Shown piece by piece: positions 47,102 through 56,710 of a stretch of 64,000 nt of DNA. This DNA is from a bacterium. Its GTDB lineage: Bacteria > Planctomycetota > Planctomycetia > Pirellulales > Pirellulaceae. Position numbers and translations under genes: made by a program. The notes under the pieces are model-generated. The model saw nothing but the letters and a program-made list of their open reading frames with translations. It was not told the DNA's origin and did no database searches. How positions within the stretch are numbered: position 1 is the stretch's first letter; each line of letters opens with the position of its first letter. The stretch covers positions 35,460 to 99,459 of the forward strand of contig WGNR01000013.1 in the NCBI GenBank assembly GCA_016124445.1. The letters run 5' to 3'.

Positions 47102-48265
47102 ATGTTTGACCCACTCGGTTGGATTCCGGAACAACTCGATTTGCTGACTTCGCTCGAACGTCGCCGGGCAATTCATGTCCGCACCACCGAGCAAGGCGCC
47201 GAGATCCACTGGAAGGGACGCACGCTGCTCAATTTCAGCAGCAATGACTACTTGAATCTCGCCGCCGATCCACGACTGCAAAAAGCGGCTCAAGAGGCGA
47301 TCGCCAGAGAAGGGTGGGGGAGTGGTGCCAGCCCTTTGATCAGCGGACGGGGAACATCGCAAGAAGAACTCGAAACGGCCCTGGCCAAGTTTGAAGATAC
47401 CGAAGCAGCGTTGACGTTCTCCAGTGGGTTCGCCGCCAACGCCGGGACGATCGATGCGATTACCGATCGGGGCGATGTGATCTTCAGTGACGAAAAGAAC
47501 CACGCGAGCATCATCGACGGCACGCGTCTCTCGAAGGCAACCGTCCGCGTCTATCCGCATCGCGATGTTGACTACCTGGAAAACCTGCTTAAGCAATCGA
47601 CGTCGTTTCGTCGCCGGCTGATCGTGACCGACACGCTGTTCAGCATGGATGGAACGATCGCTCCGCTGGACGAATTGGCCGACCTGACCGAAGCGCACCA
47701 GGCAATGCTGATGGTGGACGAAGCGCATGCGACCGGTGTGTTCGGCGAACATGGCCGGGGACTTTGCGAACAGATGGGAATCGAAGATCGCGTCCCAATC
47801 CGGGTCGGCACCTTCAGCAAGGCGTTAGGGGGACATGGCGGATTCGTGGTGGGACGTCGCACGCTGATCGATTACCTCGTGAATCGCTCGCGCCCCTACA
47901 TCTTTTCGACGGCTGGCCCTGCGGCGAACTGGGCGGCGATGGTAGCCGCGCTGCGAATTGTGACCAGCGAGCCCAACCGCCGGCTTGAACTAATGGCCAA
48001 AGCCAACTGGTTGCGAGGCGAACTCAAGCAACTTGGCTGGAGCGTTGGCAATGGTGCGAGTCAGATCATTCCGGTGATCGTCGGGACCGAACAAAGAGCG
48101 ACCGCGTTTTCCGCCAAACTGCTGGAAATGGGGCTGATGGTGCCCGGCATTCGTCCGCCGACGGTGCCTGAAGGGGAGTGTCTTTTGCGAATCAGCCTGA
48201 CCTGCGGGCACACGCAGCAGCACCTGGACACTCTGTTAGCTGGCTTTCGCCAACTTCAAAGCTAA
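47102..48265 (+). CDS. bioF: 8-amino-7-oxononanoate synthase
   Basis: NFSSNDYL, SSGFAAN, NHASIIDG, FSMDG, VDEAH, GTFSKA, IRPPTVP. Confidence 0.92.
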   Translation: MFDPLGWIPEQLDLLTSLERRRAIHVRTTEQGAEIHWKGRTLLNFSSNDYLNLAADPRLQKAAQEAIAREGWGSGASPLISGRGTSQEELETALAKFEDTEAALTFSSGFAANAGTIDAITDRGDVIFSDEKNHASIIDGTRLSKATVRVYPHRDVDYLENLLKQSTSFRRRLIVTDTLFSMDGTIAPLDELADLTEAHQAMLMVDEAHATGVFGEHGRGLCEQMGIEDRVPIRVGTFSKALGGHGGFVVGRRTLIDYLVNRSRPYIFSTAGPAANWAAMVAALRIVTSEPNRRLELMAKANWLRGELKQLGWSVGNGASQIIPVIVGTEQRATAFSAKLLEMGLMVPGIRPPTVPEGECLLRISLTCGHTQQHLDTLLAGFRQLQS

Positions 48266-48329
48266 GCATAGCTGATTGGCGGCGAATAACCTCGTGCTAT
48301 GATTCAGTACGCAATCGATTCATCCTTTA

Positions 48330-48875
48330 TTGACGCGGATTAGAACCATTCGAATCATTGGTCTTTTACTGTTTTTGTTCATCACCGTTCCGCTGGTGGA
48401 ACTGACGCTGCTATTGTGGCTCTCGGCCCATGAAGGCTGGGTCGTGACACTCGGCATCGTGCTGTTTACCGGCATCCTGGGAACGCTGCTGGCGCGTAGC
48501 CAGGGATTTTCTACCTGGCAAAAGATTCAACAGCAGCTAGCGGCTGGACAGATGCCTGGCAGCGCGGTGGCCGACGCTGCGATGATCTTCGCAGCTGGTG
48601 CCCTTTTGATGACGCCGGGTCTGCTGACAGATGCGTTCGGCTTCTTTCTGTTGATCCCACCCTGTCGCGAGTGGATGAAGCGGAAACTATTGGCATGGGC
48701 GAAATCGAGCTTCCACATCCAGGCCACGACAAACGTCAATGGTGAAACGCAAACCTACAGCAGTTCGCCAGGCAGTGGCTCAACAGGAAGTAGTGCGCCA
48801 GGGCATTCGCAGATTATCGATTCGTACGTTGTTTCCAACGACGAATCGAAAACGATCGACCAGCAGCGTTCCTAG
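48330..48875 (+). CDS. fxsA: FxsA family membrane protein
   Basis: LFITVPLVEL, TGILG..LARSQG, AGALLMTPGLLTD..G. The start codon is uncertain. Confidence 0.85.
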   Translation: MTRIRTIRIIGLLLFLFITVPLVELTLLLWLSAHEGWVVTLGIVLFTGILGTLLARSQGFSTWQKIQQQLAAGQMPGSAVADAAMIFAAGALLMTPGLLTDAFGFFLLIPPCREWMKRKLLAWAKSSFHIQATTNVNGETQTYSSSPGSGSTGSSAPGHSQIIDSYVVSNDESKTIDQQRS

Positions 48876-48900
48876 CACTGCCGTCCCTAGCACACGATTC

Positions 48901-50406
48901 TTAGCGAGGATGTCGCGGCGGCAGTTCTTCAGCGATGTGCTCCGAGATCTTTCCCTTCGCACGGTAAGTGCCATCTTTGGCAACTGCCGGATGAGGACTT
49001 CGCTTCAGGGCCGGTTCGTGGGCACCAACTTCCTCGGGCGAAACAATCATCTGCCAGTAGATCTCGGTTCCCCGCGGAATTTCCGCCAGGCTTAGCACCG
49101 TGATCTGCGGGAAGTGCGGGGAAAGAATCTGCCAGAGCCGGTTTCGCAGGTCGGTGGAAACAACCACCGCCACAGGCCGCTGTTGATCGTCGAGCCGATT
49201 GAACGACTCGCGAAGATGATCAACCATCCGTTCCATCCAGCCGCGAACCTGGCGTCCGGCGTCTTCGTCGGTCATCTGCAAGAGCGGCGATTCCAATTCG
49301 CGATCTAAACCGATCGCATGGACTTTGCCGTCGCTGTCGAGAAAACGCTGCACCATTTGACGTCCCAGGCGTGCCCGGACCATGGCGACCAGCGATTCGA
49401 TCGTCTGGTTGCGATTGGCGTGTAGCGCCAGGACTTCGACAATCCGAGTGAAATTCTTGATCGACACACCTTCTTCCAGCAAGCGTCGCAGTACCGCATG
49501 CAGCATCGAGACGGTCATCGGGCTGGAGCGAACTTCCTCGAACTCGCTGGGGTGATTTTCCCGAAGACGTTCCAGCATTTCGCGAACATCGCTAAGCGTC
49601 AGGATTTCGTGACCATGTCGGCGGAGCGTTTCCTGCAGGTGGGTGATCATCAGCATCGTCGGCTCGATCACCAGGTAGCCAAGCTGCTCGGCCTCCTGCT
49701 GTTGTTCTTCTTTGATCCAAATGCCTGGGCCACCGAAAGTTGGGTCGATCCCACGCACGCCCTGCAGCGAATCACTGGTCGATCCCATGTCGAGTGCCAG
49801 GAATTGGCCTGGGCCAAGGCGACCGCGTGCCACTTCGCATTGATCGATCAGGATCCGGTATTCCTGATCACCCAGCCCAGTGTTGTCCCTCAGACGGACC
49901 AGCGGGATCACCATTCCCGTCGTATCGGCCAGATGGCAGCGGATTGCGGAGGTCCGCTGCATAAAGTCGGAACTATCGGGATGGACGTATTTGATCAGAC
50001 GCGAACCCATTTCGATCGATAGCCGATCGACCATGAGGAAGCTTTCCCAGGGCTCCGCTAGGGGCGGCTTGGGGGGGTCGCTTTCCGCAACCGGCGAGAG
50101 CGGTTCGGAATGGTGATCTGGGAGGACCGGAAGGTCCATCAAATCGTCATCGGCACAGCGAATCGCGACGATATGATGAAAATGAACCAGGGCCTCCGAG
50201 CCGTCGCCAGAGCCTGTTGATTGAGAAAAATCCGTCAGTGAATTCGACCAAGGGGCATCTTCCGACTCTTGCGATGTCGAAGCATTGATCAGACGGACGC
50301 AGTCTTCATAGACTGCAGCCAGTTCGCCACGTAATCTCACGTGGCCAAAGGTCGATACATAAACTTCCCTGCCGATGTAACGAGCCAGAATCGACGCATA
50401 ATCCAT
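48901..50406 (-). CDS. Soluble FlhA/SctV cytoplasmic-domain protein with an N-terminal Sm-like domain
   Basis: DRLSIEMG..LI, IR..LA...G..IP.VRLRDN..L...EYRI, DPTFG.PG.WI, THLQE, VLRRLLEEGVSI, VLS.AEI; no TM segments. Confidence 0.82.
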   Translation of the reverse strand: MDYASILARYIGREVYVSTFGHVRLRGELAAVYEDCVRLINASTSQESEDAPWSNSLTDFSQSTGSGDGSEALVHFHHIVAIRCADDDLMDLPVLPDHHSEPLSPVAESDPPKPPLAEPWESFLMVDRLSIEMGSRLIKYVHPDSSDFMQRTSAIRCHLADTTGMVIPLVRLRDNTGLGDQEYRILIDQCEVARGRLGPGQFLALDMGSTSDSLQGVRGIDPTFGGPGIWIKEEQQQEAEQLGYLVIEPTMLMITHLQETLRRHGHEILTLSDVREMLERLRENHPSEFEEVRSSPMTVSMLHAVLRRLLEEGVSIKNFTRIVEVLALHANRNQTIESLVAMVRARLGRQMVQRFLDSDGKVHAIGLDRELESPLLQMTDEDAGRQVRGWMERMVDHLRESFNRLDDQQRPVAVVVSTDLRNRLWQILSPHFPQITVLSLAEIPRGTEIYWQMIVSPEEVGAHEPALKRSPHPAVAKDGTYRAKGKISEHIAEELPPRHPR

Positions 50407-50901
50407 TGAGAACCTCTACTGTCTCAAAGTTGCACGACTTGGATCTCGCAACTATCCGCGAAACCGCTTCCATGTTATGAGCAGATTGTAGACACCGACA
50501 CTCGTTAGCGGCAACTCAAAGATCAGAAGTTTTCAGCGATTGTGGTCCCCCTTCCGGGCGACTTTTCGGGAAGGAAAAGTTCTGGCGAAGGTTCCGCTAA
50601 GGTTGTTGGTAGTGGAGGTTACGACCTGCACCTAGCTGAGACAGCCGCCCTTGCCGGAGGGCTTAACTTCCCGCGAAATCGCTGATTTGCCGGCCTATAG
50701 CCCTGCTGGTCTGGCTATTGTGGTCAATTCACCTATTTTCCCAAAAATTTCGCCGGATCAAAAAAGCGGGGTTTTCGTGGTTGAGCGGCTAGGGCAAAAT
50801 CCTTCGAAGCAATGGATTGTGACCAAGCGGGCGCGCACATCTGCCCTTCGACTCGGCGTTTCTTTTCCGGCGTGCCCTAGGTCTCCTATAGCGGAGAACG
50901 C

Positions 50902-52245
50902 ATGATTAGTCAGTCGACGCAGACGCAGTTGAAGCTTTTCGTTCTCGACACCAACGTTATCTTGCACGATGCAAGATCGTTTCAAAACTTTGAGGAACAC
51001 GACGTCGCTCTGCCGATAACGGTCCTCGAAGAATTGGATCGATTCAAAAAGGGTAACGAGGACATCAATTTCCAGGCCCGCGAGTTCCTTCGCCAGATCG
51101 ACCAGATGACCGGCGATGTTCTCTCAGAAGAAGGAGCCACGCTCGGTGACCAGCAAGGTCGGCTTCGGGTGGTCATTACCAACGAACTCGATCATCGCCT
51201 TCACCAGGTGTTTCTGCATGATTCGCCGGACAACCGAATTCTAAACACCGCCTTACACCTGCAGCATTACGTCAACGATCGCCGGGTGATTCTGATCACC
51301 AAAGACACGAACTTGCGGATGAAGGCGAAGAGCCTGGGACTTCAGGCCCAGGACTACATCAACGACAAGGTCGACAGCTTCGATAGCCTGTACTCGGGAC
51401 GGCGGATTCTGGAAGGCATCACGACCGAACAGATCGATCGGTTCTATCAAGATTCAAGCGGCGTTCGACTGGAAGACTTTCCCGAAGTGATCGATCCGCT
51501 GGCCAACGAAAACTTCGTGCTGCGAAACGGCTCGAAGTCGGTTCTGGCGACCTTCAATCGAGAAGACCAGGTACTGCGGCGGATCGAAAAATACAGCCCC
51601 TACGGCATCAAGCCGCGCAATGCCGAGCAGGTCTTTGCCATCCGCGCCTTGATGGACGACAACATCAAGTTGGTGACGCTCGCCGGTAAGGCAGGAACCG
51701 GTAAGACGTTATTGGCCCTATCGAGCGCGCTGGCTTGTTCTTCGGCCTATCGCCAGATTCTGTTGGCTCGGCCGGTGGTGCCACTTTCCAACCGTGATCT
51801 CGGTTATCTGCCAGGCGACATCTCGGCAAAGATGGATCCCTACATGCAGCCGCTGTTCGACAACCTGTCGGTGATTCGCCACCAGTTCAACGATACCGAC
51901 AAAGAGGCTCAGCGCATCAACCGCATGCTGGAGCAAGAGAAATTGGTCATCACGCCGTTGGCCTACATTCGCGGCCGCAGTTTGCAGCGAATGTATATGA
52001 TCGTCGACGAAGCCCAGAACCTGACTCCGCACGAGGTAAAAACAATCATCACCCGGGCTGGCGAAGGAACCAAGATCGTCTTCACCGGTGACATCAACCA
52101 GATCGATCATCCCTATCTCGACAGCCTGTCCAACGGCATGTCGTACATGATCAATCGGATGAAGGGGCAAGATCTGTATGCCCACATTTCGCTAGAGAAG
52201 GGCGAGCGTTCCGAACTGGCCGATATCGCCAGCGAATTGCTTTAA
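50902..52245 (+). CDS. PIN-PhoH protein (PhoH2/YlaK type)
   Basis: N-terminal PIN (LDTNV, VLEELD, DNRIL, TKDTNLR) plus PhoH ATPase ([26 protein letters not shown]). Confidence 0.95.
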   Translation: MISQSTQTQLKLFVLDTNVILHDARSFQNFEEHDVALPITVLEELDRFKKGNEDINFQAREFLRQIDQMTGDVLSEEGATLGDQQGRLRVVITNELDHRLHQVFLHDSPDNRILNTALHLQHYVNDRRVILITKDTNLRMKAKSLGLQAQDYINDKVDSFDSLYSGRRILEGITTEQIDRFYQDSSGVRLEDFPEVIDPLANENFVLRNGSKSVLATFNREDQVLRRIEKYSPYGIKPRNAEQVFAIRALMDDNIKLVTLAGKAGTGKTLLALSSALACSSAYRQILLARPVVPLSNRDLGYLPGDISAKMDPYMQPLFDNLSVIRHQFNDTDKEAQRINRMLEQEKLVITPLAYIRGRSLQRMYMIVDEAQNLTPHEVKTIITRAGEGTKIVFTGDINQIDHPYLDSLSNGMSYMINRMKGQDLYAHISLEKGERSELADIASELL

Positions 52246-52431
52246 GCAGCAGATTGAACTTTAGGGTTCATTGGTGGGCCATCATGGCGGTCCGTTCCTT
52301 GCCCGATCATTTGCGGCAATCGCCGGCATTTTTCCTTGGTTTTGCCGATTCCGCTGATCCTTACCAGCCACTACAATCGGGATTCGACCGCTAAACCCCA
52401 CGATTGAATTCGAATTTGCAAGGACGTCGCC

Positions 52432-53067
52432 ATGCACAAATATGTGTTCATGGGCGTACAGGGCTCCGGTAAGGGGACCCAGGCCAAACTGTTGGAACAC
52501 TACCTCGATCTCGCGCACATCGGTGTGGGTGACATCTTGCGGTGGAACATCAAAAACCACACCAAGCTGGCCGCCCGGATCAAGCGTATTCTGAACGCCG
52601 GTAAGCTGGTCGATGACGAGATCGTCGAAGAAATCGTCCAGCGGCGTCTCCAAGAGCATGACTGGAACTTCGGTTTCATCCTCGACGGTTTTCCCCGTAA
52701 CGCCAATCAGGCGGCCTTCTTCCTGGAAAGCTACGACATTGACGCGGTTGTCCACATCGTGGTGCCGGATGACGTCATCAAGAAACGCGTGCTGGCCCGG
52801 CGATTGTGCGAGGACTGCGGAGTCGACTTCAACGTAATCGATCACCGCCCGAAAATCGAAGGTCGCTGCGATATCTGCGGCGGCAAGCTGATCCGCCGGG
52901 CGGACGATACGGAAGAAGTTCTGGCGAACCGGCTGGCCGAATACCATGAGAAAACCAAACCGGTTCTGGAAATCTTCCGTCGCAAGGAACTGGTCGTCGA
53001 GGTGGATGGCACCAAGGCGGTCGACGAAGTCCAGGCAGCCATTCGCAAGGCGATCAACGTCATCTAG
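52432..53067 (+). CDS. adk: Adenylate kinase family protein with Zn-binding lid
   Basis: GSGKGTQA, GDILR, LDGFPR, CxxC...CxxC, RADD. Confidence 0.85.
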   Translation: MHKYVFMGVQGSGKGTQAKLLEHYLDLAHIGVGDILRWNIKNHTKLAARIKRILNAGKLVDDEIVEEIVQRRLQEHDWNFGFILDGFPRNANQAAFFLESYDIDAVVHIVVPDDVIKKRVLARRLCEDCGVDFNVIDHRPKIEGRCDICGGKLIRRADDTEEVLANRLAEYHEKTKPVLEIFRRKELVVEVDGTKAVDEVQAAIRKAINVI

Positions 53068-53284
53068 GCAACAACTGGGCTGACTCCCTGGGCGAGGGGG
53101 ATGAACGTTAGAGAATTGCTTGGTCAGGCATGAACTTTCTGGCCCTGATCGCTGTCTGCTCAGAGGTGTGAATTTAATGTGCTTCTGCCGCAAGAGGCCC
53201 GTCGAGGGCTCTAGGGTTACTCCACAGGATTAGGGTATAATGCCAGTTTCGACCGAACACCCCCATTCCGTTAGTAAGCTGCCC

Positions 53285-54142
53285 ATGTCCGCCAAAGTCT
53301 ATATCAACGGCAAGTTTTTTGATCCGCAGGATGCCACGATCAGCGTGTTTGATCATGGGCTGCTCTATGGCGACGGCATTTTCGAAGGGCTCCGAATCTA
53401 CAACGGAAAGGTCTTCCGACTCGAGCAACACATCCGCCGCTTGTATGACTCGGCGAAAGCGATCCACCTGAAGATTCCCCTCAGTCCGGCCGAAATGACC
53501 GATGCCTGCGTCGAATCGGTCAAGCAAAGTGGATACACCGACGGCTACATCCGCCTGGTGGTGACTCGCGGCGCCGGAACGCTGGGACTGGGCCCAGAAC
53601 GAACCGAGAACCCCCAAACGATCATCATCGTCGACAAGATCAAGCTCTACCCGCAAGAGTTCTACGACAACGGCCTGGAAATCATCACGGCCAGCACGAT
53701 CCGCAACCACCCAGGGGCCCTTTCGCCGCAGATCAAGTCGCTCAACTACTTGAACAACATCATGGCCAAGATCGAAGCCTCGAAGGCTGGCTGTCTGGAA
53801 GCCCTGATGCTGAACCACAAGGGCGAAGTCGCCGAGTGCACCGCCGACAACATCTTTATCGTTCGTAACGGCAATCTGCTCACTCCGCCGACCGATGCCG
53901 GGATTCTGGAAGGCGTTACCCGTGAAGTGGTGTTGGAATTAGCCAAAGATGGCGGGATTCCGGCCTTCGAGAAGACTCTTACGCGGCACGATGTTTACGT
54001 GGCGGACGAATGCTTCATGACCGGAACCGCCGCGGAAGTGATCGGCGTGGTCAAAGTCGACGATCGCGAGATCGGCGACGGCAAACCAGGCCCGATCACC
54101 CGGAAGTTGAAATCGCTCTTCCAGCAACTTACGATGGGCTAA
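53285..54142 (+). CDS. ilvE: Branched-chain amino acid aminotransferase
   Basis: DHGLLYGDGIFEG, KSLNYLNN, ECTADN, LEGVTR, TGTAAE. TATAAT at 53236-53241 supports the start at 53285. Confidence 0.93.
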   Translation: MSAKVYINGKFFDPQDATISVFDHGLLYGDGIFEGLRIYNGKVFRLEQHIRRLYDSAKAIHLKIPLSPAEMTDACVESVKQSGYTDGYIRLVVTRGAGTLGLGPERTENPQTIIIVDKIKLYPQEFYDNGLEIITASTIRNHPGALSPQIKSLNYLNNIMAKIEASKAGCLEALMLNHKGEVAECTADNIFIVRNGNLLTPPTDAGILEGVTREVVLELAKDGGIPAFEKTLTRHDVYVADECFMTGTAAEVIGVVKVDDREIGDGKPGPITRKLKSLFQQLTMG

Positions 54143-54226
54143 TTGGCATGGGCCTCTCGTGAATTCCTACGAGCAGGATCCAGGCCACTCCTACCTGCTC
54201 GTAGTCACTTCATGAAGGTCACGCCG

Positions 54227-54919
54227 ATGTCTCTTTACCGCCTCGGATTCGCTTGCCTGCTTCTTGCTGTTGCCACGTCGGTTCAAGCCGCCGATAAACG
54301 GAACACTCTTTCGGACGAAGAAAAAGCCCAAGGTTTCGAGTTGTTGTTCAACGGCAAAAATCTGGATGGCTGGAAGCAGAGCGGCAACTGGAAGGTCACT
54401 GACGGCGTGATCGAGCGAACCGGCAAAGGGGGCGATGTCGTTTACGACGTAAAGCCGGTTCCTGATGACTTTGAACTTCGCTTCGAGTGGAAAGTCGCCC
54501 CAGGCAGTAACAGCGGCGTCTACTATCGTCCAGGGCAGTATGAATACCAGATCCTGGACAACGAGCGTCACCCCAACGGCAAAGTGCCCGATACGACCGC
54601 TGCCTCGCTCTACTACTGCATCGCTCCTTCGCACGACGCCACCAAGGAGCCGGGCGAGTGGAATACCGGGCGAATCGTTTGCCAGGGAACCGTCATCCAG
54701 CATTGGCTCAACGGCGAGAAGGTGATCGACATCGACTACACCGACCCAAGCCTGGCCAAAAAAGTCGAGAAGCTCCGTAAGCGTGGCGCCGACGTCGCCG
54801 CACGCGGGGCGAAGCTCAAACTGCAAGACCACGGTGATCCAGTCTGGTATCGCAGCATTCGCATGCGGGAACTGGACGGCAAGGAAGAACTGGATCACTC
54901 GCCGCTGAAGAAGAAATAA
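54227..54919 (+). CDS. DUF1080 (3-keto-disaccharide hydrolase family) secreted protein
   Basis: LFNGKNLDGW, NSGVYY, EYQILD, GEWN, LQDHG.PVWYRSI; signal peptide from ATG 54227. Confidence 0.88.
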   Translation: MSLYRLGFACLLLAVATSVQAADKRNTLSDEEKAQGFELLFNGKNLDGWKQSGNWKVTDGVIERTGKGGDVVYDVKPVPDDFELRFEWKVAPGSNSGVYYRPGQYEYQILDNERHPNGKVPDTTAASLYYCIAPSHDATKEPGEWNTGRIVCQGTVIQHWLNGEKVIDIDYTDPSLAKKVEKLRKRGADVAARGAKLKLQDHGDPVWYRSIRMRELDGKEELDHSPLKKK

Positions 54920-54928
54920 CTGCGAGGG

Positions 54929-56554
54929 TTAATAGTCTCGTAGAATCTCCACCGATGCGTTCTTCCCGCATGCTCCCATCACGCCGCCTCCCGGATGGCT
55001 GGCGGCACCGCACAGGTACAAACCTTTGATCGGCGTGCGATGATCGGCCCAGCCAGGGATCGGACGCATGGCAAAGAGCTGATGGAAATTCATCGCCCCT
55101 TGCATGATATTGCCGCCGGTTAATCCGTAAACGCGTTCCAAATCGACCGGCGAGAGGATCTGGCGATGCAAGACCGCGCCGGGCACGTTCGGGGCGTACT
55201 CGCCAATCTTGGCGATACAACGATCGGCGAACGATTCTTTGATGTCGTCCCAGTTGGCATCTTTCAAGTGGTACGGGGCGTACTGCACGAAGATCGACAA
55301 GATGTGCTTCCCTTCGGGGGCGATCGTCTTGTCGACCGAAGTGGGCATCGTCATTTCCAAGATCGGTTCTTCGCTAGGGCAACCATACTTGGCGTCGTCG
55401 TAGGCCCGTTCGATGTAGTCCATCGTTGGCGAAATGTGCATCGTACCGCGGTGCAGGGGAGAGAGTCCTTTTTCCGGAAACGCCGTGAACTGCGGCGGCT
55501 GATCCAGGGCCAGATTGATCTTGGCGGAAGCGGATGCGTAGTCGATGTTCGAGATCGCCCTAAGGAACGGCGCGGGTAGCTGATCAGGCTCCAAGAACTT
55601 GCGGAACGTCAGATTGGCATCGACGCCGGAGGCCACGACCTTTGATTCGTAGCTGGTGCCATCTTCCAGCTGCACGCCCTGGGCACCTTTCTCGCCGACC
55701 AGAATCTTGGCGACCGGGGCTTCGCGAACGATCGTGACGCCCAGTTCTTCGCAGGTCTTGGCCAAGGCAGCGGCAATCCCTCCCATGCCACCTTCCACAA
55801 AACCCCACACACCCCGCTTGCCGCCTGCTTCCCCCATCACGTGATGCAACAGCACGTAGGCCGTCCCCGGTGCCGAGATCGATGCGAACGCACCGATGAT
55901 TGCGTCGGTGGCCAGCGTGGCACGTAGCGGCTCGCTCTCGAACCAACGTTCCAGGATCGGCCGGGCCGCTCCAGCCAGCAGTTCGATCGCTTCAGGGATT
56001 TCTTCCCCCAGCTTGCCGAAGGTGCGATAGAAGTTCCACAGCCTCGAGGTATCCCGTAGCCGCTTGGTGAAGGAGATGCTGCGCCAATCTTTCGGCATCG
56101 GCAGTGGATCGGGGGCGGTCTGCATCAGGATCGGTTCGACAACCGCCGCAATGCGTTCCAACAGTTCGTTGTACTGCGGGTAACTCTCGGCGTCGGCCTT
56201 GCTGAACTTCGAGATCTGCTGGGCGTTGGCGGCGACGTCGTGCCCAAGTAGCAGATACTGACCGTCCGGCGTGGGTGTGAAGGAAGAAGGATCTCGCGGC
56301 AGAATCTTCAAGCCGTTTTGCTTGAGCTTCAGATCGCGAATGATTTCCGGCAGCAGCAGGCTGACCACGTAGGATGCGGTCGAAACTTTGAACCCAGGCC
56401 ACAACTCTTCGGTCGTCGAGCAGCCCCCCAGAACGTGACGCCGCTCGAGGACAGCGACTTTTTTACCTGCTTTGGCGAGATAGGCCGCCGTGATCAGGCC
56501 ATTGTGTCCTGCACCGATCACGATGCAATCGAAGTACCCGCCACCTGTCGCCAT
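54929..56554 (-). CDS. Phytoene desaturase family FAD-dependent oxidoreductase
   Basis: IGAGHNGL, GGMG, GLTGGNI, LYLCGA.SHPGGGV.G. Confidence 0.9.
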   Translation of the reverse strand: MATGGGYFDCIVIGAGHNGLITAAYLAKAGKKVAVLERRHVLGGCSTTEELWPGFKVSTASYVVSLLLPEIIRDLKLKQNGLKILPRDPSSFTPTPDGQYLLLGHDVAANAQQISKFSKADAESYPQYNELLERIAAVVEPILMQTAPDPLPMPKDWRSISFTKRLRDTSRLWNFYRTFGKLGEEIPEAIELLAGAARPILERWFESEPLRATLATDAIIGAFASISAPGTAYVLLHHVMGEAGGKRGVWGFVEGGMGGIAAALAKTCEELGVTIVREAPVAKILVGEKGAQGVQLEDGTSYESKVVASGVDANLTFRKFLEPDQLPAPFLRAISNIDYASASAKINLALDQPPQFTAFPEKGLSPLHRGTMHISPTMDYIERAYDDAKYGCPSEEPILEMTMPTSVDKTIAPEGKHILSIFVQYAPYHLKDANWDDIKESFADRCIAKIGEYAPNVPGAVLHRQILSPVDLERVYGLTGGNIMQGAMNFHQLFAMRPIPGWADHRTPIKGLYLCGAASHPGGGVMGACGKNASVEILRDY

Positions 56555-56710
56555 GCCAACCTTTTCCTTGCTGCGAGAATCCTGAGATTGAGTGCTATCA
56601 ATCTAGACTTCGCCCAGGATGGCATGAAAAGTTTACCATAGCGGCCTCAAGCCACCCGACCCGGATAATCGGGACAAGTGCGAGCGCTGGTTAGTGAGAC
56701 CGCTTGTTCG

